In this document: positions 9,750 to 19,358 of the stretch, in pieces | Layout of the letters: each line of letters opens with the position of its first letter | Position numbering within the stretch: the stretch's first letter is position 1 | Source: Deltaproteobacteria bacterium | Lineage (GTDB): Bacteria; Desulfobacterota_D; UBA1144; Nemesobacterales; CSP1-2 | Length of the DNA stretch: 64,000 nt | Direction: 5' to 3' | NCBI GenBank assembly: GCA_052390235.1 | Contig: JBQTHB010000006.1 | Location: 192,001 to 256,000 of the forward strand | The notes under the pieces: generated by a model | What the model was told of the DNA's origin: nothing | Seen by the model: the letters and a program-made list of their open reading frames with translations, nothing else | Database searches by the model: none | Position numbers and translations under genes: made by a program

Positions 9750-10610
9750 TTATATATTCGCGCATCTGAGGCGTTTTTGTATCGAGGCGTTCAATTTGCG
9801 CAGAGCCTGAACCTCGATTTGGCGCACCCTCTCTTTGGACACCCCAAGCTCGTCCCCAAGCTCGCCGAGTTTTGCGGGCGGCTCTAGGAGGTATCTGCTC
9901 TCGACGACGTAGCGCTCCTTTGGGGTGAGGCTCTGAAGACCGATTCTGAGTCCTTCCTGAGTTAAGCCGCTCATCTCGGCGGCGGCTACGACCTCCTCTT
10001 GGTTCGCCGAGGTATCGGGGATTAGATCCGCATACTTCGCCGAGGATTCGTCTTCGCCCGTGGAGCTATCGAGTGAGAAATCGCGCGATGCCGTTCTGAT
10101 TTCCATGCTCATAACCTCGCGCTCCTTCACGCCGAAGAGGTCTGCGACTCTCTTGAGATTCTCCGCCGAGGCGTCGTCCCTGTCTATTGCGAGCCGCTTT
10201 TTTCCCCTGCCGATTTTATGAAATAGCTTTCTTTGGGCTTGAGTCGTCCCCATCTTCACTACGCTCCAAGAGCGCATGATGAAATTATGAATCCGCGCCC
10301 GTATCCACCAAACGGCGTAGGAGATGAGCCTGTAGCCTCTGTCGGGATTGAATTTTTTTACCGCCTGCATAAGCCCCATCGATCCTTCCTGAAACAAATC
10401 GAGTATTTGGAAGCCGTACGAGGCGTATTCGGATGCGATTTTCACGACGAATCTGAGATTGGATACAACGAGCTTCTCCGCCGCGCCGACATCGCCCTCG
10501 GCTCTATACCTTTGGGCAAGTTCTATCTCCTGCTCGCGGGTCAGAAGGGGGTAGCTCTGTATTTGATTTGCAAGAATTCCAAGCGAATCATTGATGGCAA
10601 GTGGTTTCAA
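9750..10610 (-). CDS. rpoH: RNA polymerase sigma-32 factor
   Basis: Sigma70-family regions 2-4 plus RpoH-box-like GTTQAQRKLF. TTG start with a GAGGAGG SD. Confidence 0.85.
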   Translation of the reverse strand: MKPLAINDSLGILANQIQSYPLLTREQEIELAQRYRAEGDVGAAEKLVVSNLRFVVKIASEYASYGFQILDLFQEGSMGLMQAVKKFNPDRGYRLISYAVWWIRARIHNFIMRSWSVVKMGTTQAQRKLFHKIGRGKKRLAIDRDDASAENLKRVADLFGVKEREVMSMEIRTASRDFSLDSSTGEDESSAKYADLIPDTSANQEEVVAAAEMSGLTQEGLRIGLQSLTPKERYVVESRYLLEPPAKLGELGDELGVSKERVRQIEVQALRKLNASIQKRLRCANI

Positions 10611-10635
10611 TCTCTGGGCGCCTCCTCAATGCCTG

Positions 10636-10663
10636 AAGCTAATCATCTTCGGGGAAATGTCAA
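10636..10663 (-). promoter_or_regulatory. sigma70-type promoter for rpoH-dnaK
   Basis: TTGACA-16 nt-TAGCTT on the minus strand. Confidence 0.55.
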
Positions 10664-10813
10664 GCGCATAGGCAGGGGCGGGAGGCTACATACATTTACC
10701 CCTCTAGACGCGCCCAAAATGACGCTTAGAGATTGCGCTACTGAGATATTTGCTATGCCAACCCTATTTAAAATTTCACCCTTTCAGAGAGGCGAAATGG
10801 CAGGGGAGTGGGG

Positions 10814-12523
10814 TTATCTGCCCAAAATCGAGGCGGCTTCGCGCGGGGCGTTGCCAACTGCTACCTTTTTCAACGCTCCCCCACGCCTAATCTTTATCTC
10901 GACCAAACCTTCTTTGAGCGTTCTCGGCCCCACGTTGACCTGAACGGGGATGCCAATGAGGTCTGCGTCCTTGAATTTAAACCCCGCGCTCTCGTCTCTG
11001 TCGTCTATTATGGCGTCAACCCCAAGCTCAAGGAGCTGCGAGTAAATAGCCTCGGCGGCGGATTTGACCTCGGCATCCTTCATATTCAGAGGCAGGACGG
11101 CAACCTCGAACGGTGAAAGCGCGGGTGGGAATATAATCCCGTTTCCGTCGTAGTTCTGCTCGATGGCGGCGGCGACAGTCCTCCCGATGCCGATGCCGTA
11201 GCATCCCATGATAAATGGTTTCTCCCTGCCGTCCGAATCAACGAACATGGCATTCATAGCGAGGCTGTATTTCGCGCCGAGCTTAAAGACGTGTCCGACT
11301 TCAATGCCCCGGCTTGAGCGCAGACTCCCCCCGGCGCACTTGGTGCAGGAATCCCCGTCCGCGGCGACTCTAATATCGGCGAATAGGCTGGGATTAAAAT
11401 CCCTGTTCAAATTGGCGTTTGCGAGGTGGTAATCCCTCCGGTTCGCGCCCACAACTGCATTGGCGAGATTCTTAACCGAGTTATCGGCGACAATTCTAAC
11501 CCGAAGCCCGACTGGCCCGCTGAAGCCGGCCGAGCCTGCGCCGCAAATCTCTTCAATGGTCTTTTGCGTGGCAAGCTCTACGGTGTCCGCGCCAATGGCT
11601 TTTCTGAGTTTCGTGAGGCTCAGTTCGTGATTGCCAGACACAAGCGCGACGAGCACCCCGCCTTCGGTCTCGACTATCATGGTTTTTATGAGCGACGACG
11701 GCTCAATTTTGAGGTAGGACGCCACCTGCTCCACGGTTTTCATCCCAGGGGTGTGAACCTCGCAGATTGCCTCTGGAGAGTGGGTAGGGGTTGCCTCCTG
11801 CGCGTCTTTTATCTCGGCAAGCTCGAGATTGGCGGCGTAGCTGCAGCCTCCACAGCTCATCACAACGTCTTCGCCCGTTGGGGCAAGCACCATAAACTCG
11901 TGAGAGAAATTCCCTCCGATATTGCCCGTGTCGGCAAGCACCGCCCGAAACTCTAGCCCGCAACGCTCGAATATCCTGTGATAAGCATCGTACATCGCCC
12001 AGTAGGATCTGTCCGCGCCCTCATCGGTTGCATCAAAGCTGTAGGCATCTTTCATAACGAATTCCCTCCCCCTCATGACGCCGAATCGGGGGCGAATTTC
12101 ATCTCTGAATTTCGTTTGAATCTGATATAGGTTCACCGGAAGTTGTTTGTAGGAGCGAATCTCCCTGCGGACAACGTCCGTTATGACCTCTTCGTGCGTA
12201 GGCCCAAGGCAGAATTCCCTCTCGGCTCTGTCCTTGAAGCGCAGAAGCTCCCTGCCGTATTTATCCCATCTGCCGCTTTCCTTCCAGAGTTCCGAGGGCA
12301 GAACCCCGGGCATTAGAAGCTCTATCGCGCCGGCGCGGTTCATCTCCTCGCGCACGATATTTTCAAATTTTCTTATCGAGCGCAGTCCCAAGGGGAGAAC
12401 GTTATAGACCCCCGCGGCGAGCTTGCGTATCATCCCTGCGCGAACCATGAGTTTGTGGCTTACCACTTCGGCGTCGGCGGGGTCTTCTTTGAGCGTCGGA
12501 ATAAAGAATCTGGAGTATCTCAT
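10814..12523 (-). CDS. proS: Proline-tRNA ligase (bacterial type with editing insertion)
   Basis: LGPTHEE, FRDEIRPRFG, GIEVGHVFKLG, MGCYGIG. Confidence 0.97.
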   Translation of the reverse strand: MRYSRFFIPTLKEDPADAEVVSHKLMVRAGMIRKLAAGVYNVLPLGLRSIRKFENIVREEMNRAGAIELLMPGVLPSELWKESGRWDKYGRELLRFKDRAEREFCLGPTHEEVITDVVRREIRSYKQLPVNLYQIQTKFRDEIRPRFGVMRGREFVMKDAYSFDATDEGADRSYWAMYDAYHRIFERCGLEFRAVLADTGNIGGNFSHEFMVLAPTGEDVVMSCGGCSYAANLELAEIKDAQEATPTHSPEAICEVHTPGMKTVEQVASYLKIEPSSLIKTMIVETEGGVLVALVSGNHELSLTKLRKAIGADTVELATQKTIEEICGAGSAGFSGPVGLRVRIVADNSVKNLANAVVGANRRDYHLANANLNRDFNPSLFADIRVAADGDSCTKCAGGSLRSSRGIEVGHVFKLGAKYSLAMNAMFVDSDGREKPFIMGCYGIGIGRTVAAAIEQNYDGNGIIFPPALSPFEVAVLPLNMKDAEVKSAAEAIYSQLLELGVDAIIDDRDESAGFKFKDADLIGIPVQVNVGPRTLKEGLVEIKIRRGGALKKVAVGNAPREAASILGR

Positions 12524-12643
12524 TAGCACCTCAAGGCGTATAAACTACCGACTCGCCCGCTTAAATTCAATGATAAATAGATAAAAACCCCGAATCTAGA
12601 TATTATATTGCTACAATTAAATTAAAGCTCGGAGGCGGCAGTA

Positions 12644-13114
12644 ATGAAAAACATTTTTGGGCTTATCAGCCTAGTGGCAATTTTAACCGTTCTGGGTATC
12701 GGGGGGATTTCACTATTTTCGCCCTCCAAGTCCGACGCTTCAACAACGGTTGTGGTATATAAAACCTCGACCTGCGGGTGCTGCAAAAAATGGGTTACGC
12801 ACCTTGAGAAAAACGGCTTCAAGACCTCCGTGCAAGACCTCGACACCTCATCTCTCAATCAGATTAAGTCCCAGTACGGAGTCCCCAGCGGACTTGAGTC
12901 CTGCCACACGGCTACCGTGGGCGGATACGTAGTTGAGGGACACGTGCCGGCGGACGTCGTGAAACGACTGCTGGAGGAGCGTCCGAAAGTCGCCGGGATC
13001 ACTGTTCCCGATATGCCCGTAGGCTCTCCGGGAATGGAAGGGGACTACAGCGAGGCTTACGACATTCTCACGTTCGATGCCGAGGGCAGGACGCAGATCT
13101 ACACGAGCAGATAA
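12644..13114 (+). CDS. DUF411 / CopG-like exported metal-binding protein
   Basis: Signal peptide, CGCCKKW, SCHTA, EGHVPA, MPVGSPGME. Confidence 0.85.
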   Translation: MKNIFGLISLVAILTVLGIGGISLFSPSKSDASTTVVVYKTSTCGCCKKWVTHLEKNGFKTSVQDLDTSSLNQIKSQYGVPSGLESCHTATVGGYVVEGHVPADVVKRLLEERPKVAGITVPDMPVGSPGMEGDYSEAYDILTFDAEGRTQIYTSR

Positions 13115-13134
13115 CCTGTGTGCGGGGAGAAACC

Positions 13135-14013
13135 ATGGCAAATGGGCTAAGAGGAGCGGCCGATAGCCGCGCTGTCGAGCGAATCTCGGTGCAGAAGGTC
13201 AGCCGCAGAGGGTTATACACCGAAGAAGAAGACCTCGTCGCCGTCGAAGAGCCGCTTCAAATACGCCTTAATTACCACTCTGGCGGGGCGCACAGGCGCA
13301 AAACCCTATCAATCACGATGCGCACCCCAGGAGACGACGAAGAGCTTGTCGCGGGGTTTTTATTCACCGAGGGGATTATCCAAAGCGCGGGGGACGTCGA
13401 GCGTATCAGCGCCGAGGGGAACGTCGCCGAGGCGGAATTGACCACAGATGCGGAGGTTGACCCGTCGGCTTTCGAGCGGAATTTCTATATGCACTCCGGC
13501 TGCGGCGTCTGCGGCAGGGCTTCAATCGAATCCCTAGCCGGGTTGCTCCAGCATCGGAGACTTAAAGAGGGGTATCGCCGTTTCAGAGCGGACGTTATCT
13601 CGCGCCTGCCGATGACTCTGCGAGAGGCGCAGTCGGTCTTTGGATTCACCGGAGGGCTTCACGCCGCCGCCCTTTTCGATTCCGAGGGCAATTTACTGGC
13701 GATTAGAGAGGACGTGGGTCGCCACAACGCGGTGGATAAGCTCGTAGGCTCGCTCCTGCTCAAAGGGGAAATCCCGCTCCCAGACAGACTCGTGATGGTA
13801 AGCGGGCGGGCGAGCTTTGAACTCGCGCACAAGGCAATTGCCGCCGGATTCTTAGCGCTTGCCGCCGTTGGCGCGCCGTCGAGCCTGGCTGTGGAGGCGG
13901 CGCGGGAATTCAACCTGACGCTTCTTGGGTTTGTGCGCGACGGCAGATTCAACATTTACTGCGGGAGCGAGCGAATCACAGAGAGCGGCGAAGGGAATAT
14001 CGCGGCGCTCTGA
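13135..14013 (+). CDS. fdhD: Molybdenum cofactor sulfurtransferase FdhD
   Basis: TMRTPG, SGCGVCG, TGGLHAA, EDVGRHNAVDK, SGRASFE. Confidence 0.93.
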   Translation: MANGLRGAADSRAVERISVQKVSRRGLYTEEEDLVAVEEPLQIRLNYHSGGAHRRKTLSITMRTPGDDEELVAGFLFTEGIIQSAGDVERISAEGNVAEAELTTDAEVDPSAFERNFYMHSGCGVCGRASIESLAGLLQHRRLKEGYRRFRADVISRLPMTLREAQSVFGFTGGLHAAALFDSEGNLLAIREDVGRHNAVDKLVGSLLLKGEIPLPDRLVMVSGRASFELAHKAIAAGFLALAAVGAPSSLAVEAAREFNLTLLGFVRDGRFNIYCGSERITESGEGNIAAL

Positions 14014-14096
14014 ATAATCCATGCCGATGGGTGCATCCACAAGTTACCCCTGCCCTACCCCCACAGTCGGAGGGGGCGGTTTTGGGACAATAAGCC

Positions 14097-16403
14097 ATGG
14101 ACGAGAGAGAGAAATTAAAACCTAGTCCGCAGACCCCGCAGGAGAGCGGCAAGCCGAGGATTGGGGCGAGGGCAAAGTCAGCCGCAGGGGGTTTTGCTAT
14201 CGTCTCCGCAATCAAGCGCGCATACTCGGAAATGGGCGTATCGAGAGGGGTTAGAACGCTTCTTAGGGTGAATCAAAGGGGCGGTTTCGACTGCCAGAGC
14301 TGCGCCTGGCCCAACCCGGAAGAGGAGCGGCATACGGCTGAATTCTGCGAGAACGGGGCAAAAGCCGTCGCCGATGAAGCGACTCTAAAGCGCGTGAATC
14401 CAGATTTTTTCCGCAATTGGACGGTTTCGCGGCTCGCCGAGCAGTCGGATTTCTGGCTCAACGCGCAGGGGCGGCTCGCTCATCCGATGATTCTTAGGGA
14501 GGGAAGCCGGCGCTACGAGCCTCTGTGTTGGGAGGAGGCGTTCGAGATTATCGCAGAGGAGCTAAAATGCCTCTCATCGCCGGATGAAGCGCTCTTCTAC
14601 ACCTCCGGGCGGACGAGCAACGAGGCGGCTTTTTTGTATCAGCTCTTCGCAAGGGAGTTCGGCACGAATAACCTTCCGGACTGCTCCAATATGTGCCACG
14701 AGTCAAGCGGCAGAGCGCTCGGCGAGGTCATAGGGGTGGGCAAAGGCACGGTGAGCCTCAGGGATTTCGAGCTTGCCGAGGCGATATTCGTCGTCGGGCA
14801 GAACCCGGGGACGAATCATCCGAGAATGCTCGCATCTCTGGAAAAGGCAAAACGCGGGGGCGCGAAAATCGTCGCCGTAAACCCCCTGCCCGAAGCCGGA
14901 CTCATGCGCTTTAAAAACCCTCAGGAAATCCTAAGGGGAATCATCGGGGGCGGCACAGAGCTTGCCGACCTCTTCCTTCAAGTGCGCATCGGAGGGGATA
15001 TCGCGCTTTTCAAAGGCATCATGAAGCAGATGCTTCAGCGTGAGACCCTGCGCCCCGGCTCGGTCTTAGATTCGGGTTTCATCAGCGAATTCACCGCAGG
15101 ATTCGAGGGCTTCAGGGATAGCACAGAGCGCGCGGGATGGGACGAAATCCTGCGGGAGAGCGGCGTCTCGCGGGAGGCTATCGGCAAAGCCGCGCAGATT
15201 GCGGCGCAGTCCAGGGCAACTATTGTCTGCTGGGCTATGGGGATTACTCAGCACAAACACGCCGTGGCAACGATTCAAGAGATAGTCAATTTCCTGCTCC
15301 TGCGAGGGCAAATTGGCAAACCCGGCGCGGGGGTCTGCCCCGTCAGAGGGCATAGCAACGTCCAAGGCGACCGCACCATGGGTATTTGCGAGCGACCGAC
15401 TGAGGCGTTTTTGGACGCTCTGGCGCGCGAGTTTGGCTTCACCCCGCCCCGCCGGCACGGATTCGACACCGTGCAGGCAATTGAGGCAATGCACAGCGGC
15501 AGAGCAAAGGTGTTTATTGCAATGGGAGGGAATTTTCTCTCTGCAACGCCCGACACCCGATACACCGCCCGCGCTCTGGGAAAATGCTCCCTCACCGTTC
15601 AAATATCCACTAAACTCAGCCGCTCGCACCTCATCACTGGAAGGCGCGCTCTCATCCTCCCCTGCCTCGGACGCTCCGAGCAGGACACTCAGGCATCAGG
15701 CGGGCAGTTCGTAACGGTAGAAGACTCGATGAGCATCATAAGCTCCTCACAAGGATTCCTCCCGCCGGCATCAGAGCATCTCATGAGCGAGCTTGCTATA
15801 GTTGCAGGAATTGCAAGGGCGACTCTCGGAGGGAGAAGCCGAGTAAACTGGCAGGGGTTCGCCGGAAACTATGACCGCATCCGGGACTCCATCGAGCGGG
15901 TAATTCCGGGATTCGAGGGCTTCAACAAACGCATCCGCGAGGGGAGCTTTTATCTTCCGAACAGGGCAGGAGAGCGAAAATTCGACACGCCGACGCAGAG
16001 GGCGACATTTACAACCCACCCGATCCCCCGCGCCGGAGTGGAATCGGGGCGATACGCGATGATGACCATCCGAAGCCACGACCAGTTCAACACGACCGTT
16101 TACGGCTTGGACGACCGCTACCGCGGGGTTTATGGCGGCAGGCGCGTAATTTTTCTCAACGCCGAAGATATGAGAGATGAGGGGATTGCCGAGGGTCAGT
16201 TTGTGGACATCACGAGCCACTTCGAGGGCGAAGAGCGCGGGGCAGAGAAATTCGCCGCCGTCCCCTATGACATCCCCAGAGGGTGCGCCGCGACTTATTT
16301 CCCCGAAGCAAACCCTCTAGTGCCGATACGCAGCACGGCTGAGATTAGCAATACGCCCACGTCAAAATTCATCGTCATAAGCCTCAAGCCCTCGGAGCAA
16401 TAA
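14097..16403 (+). CDS. FdhF/YdeP family molybdopterin oxidoreductase
   Basis: GFDCQSCAWP, EFCENGAKA, YTSGRTSNE, DCSNMCHES, RGHSNVQGDRT, RSHDQFNTT. Confidence 0.92.
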   Translation: MDEREKLKPSPQTPQESGKPRIGARAKSAAGGFAIVSAIKRAYSEMGVSRGVRTLLRVNQRGGFDCQSCAWPNPEEERHTAEFCENGAKAVADEATLKRVNPDFFRNWTVSRLAEQSDFWLNAQGRLAHPMILREGSRRYEPLCWEEAFEIIAEELKCLSSPDEALFYTSGRTSNEAAFLYQLFAREFGTNNLPDCSNMCHESSGRALGEVIGVGKGTVSLRDFELAEAIFVVGQNPGTNHPRMLASLEKAKRGGAKIVAVNPLPEAGLMRFKNPQEILRGIIGGGTELADLFLQVRIGGDIALFKGIMKQMLQRETLRPGSVLDSGFISEFTAGFEGFRDSTERAGWDEILRESGVSREAIGKAAQIAAQSRATIVCWAMGITQHKHAVATIQEIVNFLLLRGQIGKPGAGVCPVRGHSNVQGDRTMGICERPTEAFLDALAREFGFTPPRRHGFDTVQAIEAMHSGRAKVFIAMGGNFLSATPDTRYTARALGKCSLTVQISTKLSRSHLITGRRALILPCLGRSEQDTQASGGQFVTVEDSMSIISSSQGFLPPASEHLMSELAIVAGIARATLGGRSRVNWQGFAGNYDRIRDSIERVIPGFEGFNKRIREGSFYLPNRAGERKFDTPTQRATFTTHPIPRAGVESGRYAMMTIRSHDQFNTTVYGLDDRYRGVYGGRRVIFLNAEDMRDEGIAEGQFVDITSHFEGEERGAEKFAAVPYDIPRGCAATYFPEANPLVPIRSTAEISNTPTSKFIVISLKPSEQ

Positions 16404-16474
16404 ATCTCAAGAAGCGAATTCCCAGCTCAAGAGGGGCGGAGAAAAGGGTTTATACATCACCCCGTACTCCCGCC

Positions 16475-19249
16475 CTAATGCGCCTCAGCCCAGTTTGCGC
16501 CGACCCCCATCTCCACGGAAAGCGGCACGGATAGCTTCCACGCCCCCTCCATTTCGGCTTTGACAATTCTGCGAAGCTCGTAGAGTTCGTCCTCGTGAAC
16601 CTCGAATAGAAGCTCGTCGTGTACCTGGAGTATCATGCGGGACTTATAGCCCCTGAGGCTCTCTCGGATTTTAATCATCGCTATCTTGATTATGTCGGCG
16701 GCTGTGCCTTGAATGGGCGTATTGATTGCCGTGCGCTCGCCGAATCCGCGCAGAGTTCTGTCTTTCGAGGCAAGCTCAGGTATCGGGCGGCGGCGTCCGA
16801 GGATGGTCTCGGCAAAGCCCCTGCCCCTCGCCTCCTCAATCGAGCGCTCCATGTAGGATTTCACCCCTCCGTAGCGCTTGAAATACTCGTCTATGTACCC
16901 CTTGGCGACGGTGTTTGAAGAGCCTAGCTGTCTTGCCAGCCCGAACGCGCTAATGCCGTAGATGATGCCGAAGTTTATCGTCTTGGCGAGCCTTCTCATA
17001 TCCGGGGTAACGCTCTTTTCATCCACGCCAAAAATCTCCGCTCCGGTTCTCGTGTGAATATCCGCCCCCCTCAAGAACGCTTCAATTAAATTCTCATCCC
17101 CTGAGAAATGGGCGAGAAGCCGAAGCTCAATTTGGGAATAATCCGCCGAGAGCATGACGAACCCCTCTTCGGGGACGAAGGCCTCTCTGATGCGTCTGCC
17201 CTCGGGGGTTTTAATTGGGATGTTCTGGAGGTTTGGCTCGCTTGAACTGAGCCTGCCCGTGGTTGTGCCGGTCTGATTGAACGAGGTGTGGATGCGCCCT
17301 GTTTTGGGGTTTACGAGCCTCGGCAGGGCATCAACATAAGTGGATTTGAGCTTCATAAGCCCCCTGTGTTCCAGCACGCGCGCAGGCACTTCGTGAATCT
17401 CGGCAAGCTCGGATAGGACTTCGACGTCCGTAGAAGCCTCGCCGCCTTTGGTGAGCTTCTTGCGCGGGAGCCCGATTCTCTCGAATAGAATTTCCCGAAG
17501 CTGCGCCGGGGAGTTGAGATTAAACCTCTCGCCGACCTGCGAATAAATCCCCTCGGCGATTCTATCGAGTCCCTTTTCAAATTCAACCGAGAGCCTGCCG
17601 AGAAACCGCGAGTCAATCCCAACGCCGCAGGATTCCATATCCGCAAGCACGGGAATAAATCTAAGCTCGACCTGCCGGTAATTGTCCATCAATCCGAGAT
17701 TGTCCAAATCCGGCGAGAGTCGCCGCTCCAGAGCAAGCGCAACGTCCGCATCCTCGCATGAATAGACCCTAGCCCGCTCCAAATCTACTTGGTCGAAGGC
17801 AATTTTACCCTTTCCCGACCCCGTAACGTCCTCGTAGGTGATGGTCTTGTGCGCGAGGTAAATGCGGGAAAGCTCGTCGAGGCTATAGCTCATGCGGGAT
17901 GAGTCGAGCGTGTGGGCGGCTATCATGGCATCAGAGGATATGCCCCTTAGCTCAATCCCGTGCCGGCGAAGGATAATATACTCGTACTTGAGATTCTGCC
18001 CGATTTTACGAATCCCATCGCTCTCTAAGAGGGGTTTTAGCTTATCGAGCAGGAATTCGAGTTTTAACTGCGCGGCGGGGGCTCCGAGAAGAGAGCTATG
18101 CCCGACGGGAACGTAGTGAGCCTCCCCAGGGGCGTGGCAGAGGGCAACGCCAACAATTTCCGCATCTATCGGGCTAAGGGACGTCGTCTCGAGGTCAATG
18201 GAAAGCTCCCCGGTGCGCGCTATTGCCTCGATAACCTCGGCGAGGGCTTCGCCGGAGGATACGAGCCGGTAGTTATCATAGGAAATTGTGTCCGCGTCAG
18301 CGCCGCCGGGGGATTTTTCCGATTCCTGCGCCCTGACGATGCGCGAATCGAGCGGGCGAATGAATCCGGCGGGCCTATTTACCGGCCCTGCGGCTTCGGA
18401 TTTAAGCGCGTCTCGCAGGAGGGAGTGGAACTCGAATTCCTCGAACAGAGCGCGAAGCTCGTCGCGGCGCGCGCCCTCGTACTTGAAATCGGCAATAGAG
18501 GCGGCAATGGGGACTTTTATGTCTATCGTCGCAAGGGCTTTGCTGAGGATGACCTTGTCTCTGTCGTTTATGAGAATTTCTCTCTGACGGGGGGATAGGG
18601 AGTCTAAATTTGCGTATAGACTATCGAGCGAGCCGAATTTTTTAATAAGCCCCGAGGCGGTTTTATCGCCGATTCCCCTAGCCCCGGGAATGTTGTCCAC
18701 TGAATCCCCTGAGAGGGCAAGCACGTCAACGACTCTCTCGGGCAGGACGCCGAATTTCTCCTCGACATCTCTGGCGCCCGTCCGCCTGCCGTGCATCGTG
18801 TCGAAGAGCGTGATTTTATCCGAGACGATTTGGCAGAAGTCCTTATCGCCCGTTACGATGACGACGCTTATTCCGTCCCTCTCGGCGGATTTGGCGAATG
18901 TGCCAATGATGTCGTCAGCCTCAAAACCCTCCATCTGGAAATCGGCGACTCCGATGGCGCGGGTAATATCAAAAATCCGCGGGAATTGGATTTTTAGCTC
19001 GTCGGGCGGCTCGGAGCGTCCCGCTTTGTAGAGGGGATAATACTCGTGGCGGAAGGTTTTATCCTTGGAATCGAAGACGGCGGCTATGTATCGGGGGTTT
19101 GCGCCTTTGATAAATTTCATTAGCATCGAGGAATAGCCAAATAGCGCGTTCGTGGGAAACCCCCGCGAGGTGGCAAGACCCCTCACGCCGTGAAAAGCCC
19201 GAAACACGTAGGAGCTTGCGTCAATTAGGTATAAAATTGGCTCGGTCAT
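16475..19249 (-). CDS. polA: DNA polymerase I
   Basis: 5'-3' exonuclease, 3'-5' exonuclease (DLETT) and Pol A domains (ADYSQIELR, NFGIIYG, QVHDEL). Confidence 0.98.
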   Translation of the reverse strand: MTEPILYLIDASSYVFRAFHGVRGLATSRGFPTNALFGYSSMLMKFIKGANPRYIAAVFDSKDKTFRHEYYPLYKAGRSEPPDELKIQFPRIFDITRAIGVADFQMEGFEADDIIGTFAKSAERDGISVVIVTGDKDFCQIVSDKITLFDTMHGRRTGARDVEEKFGVLPERVVDVLALSGDSVDNIPGARGIGDKTASGLIKKFGSLDSLYANLDSLSPRQREILINDRDKVILSKALATIDIKVPIAASIADFKYEGARRDELRALFEEFEFHSLLRDALKSEAAGPVNRPAGFIRPLDSRIVRAQESEKSPGGADADTISYDNYRLVSSGEALAEVIEAIARTGELSIDLETTSLSPIDAEIVGVALCHAPGEAHYVPVGHSSLLGAPAAQLKLEFLLDKLKPLLESDGIRKIGQNLKYEYIILRRHGIELRGISSDAMIAAHTLDSSRMSYSLDELSRIYLAHKTITYEDVTGSGKGKIAFDQVDLERARVYSCEDADVALALERRLSPDLDNLGLMDNYRQVELRFIPVLADMESCGVGIDSRFLGRLSVEFEKGLDRIAEGIYSQVGERFNLNSPAQLREILFERIGLPRKKLTKGGEASTDVEVLSELAEIHEVPARVLEHRGLMKLKSTYVDALPRLVNPKTGRIHTSFNQTGTTTGRLSSSEPNLQNIPIKTPEGRRIREAFVPEEGFVMLSADYSQIELRLLAHFSGDENLIEAFLRGADIHTRTGAEIFGVDEKSVTPDMRRLAKTINFGIIYGISAFGLARQLGSSNTVAKGYIDEYFKRYGGVKSYMERSIEEARGRGFAETILGRRRPIPELASKDRTLRGFGERTAINTPIQGTAADIIKIAMIKIRESLRGYKSRMILQVHDELLFEVHEDELYELRRIVKAEMEGAWKLSVPLSVEMGVGANWAEAH

Positions 19250-19260
19250 CGCCCTACATT

Positions 19261-19309
19261 ATGCAGGATGCCGGGCGCAGGATGCAAGATTTACGATACG
19301 CGATGCAGC
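19261..19309. repeat. Degenerate heptamer tandem repeat (ATGCAGG-like, 7 units)
   Basis: atgcagg atgccgg gcgcagg atgcaag atttacg atacgcg atgcagc. Confidence 0.6.
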
Positions 19310-19358
19310 GCCTAAGTTGTCGCGAATGGGAAAATATGCAAAGCTCTAATAACTCACA

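Noticed and set aside
10611..10813. CIRCE or sigma32 promoter upstream of rpoH-dnaK
   Set aside because: Neither TTAGCACTC-N9-GAGTGCTAA nor CTTGAA...CCCCAT is present.
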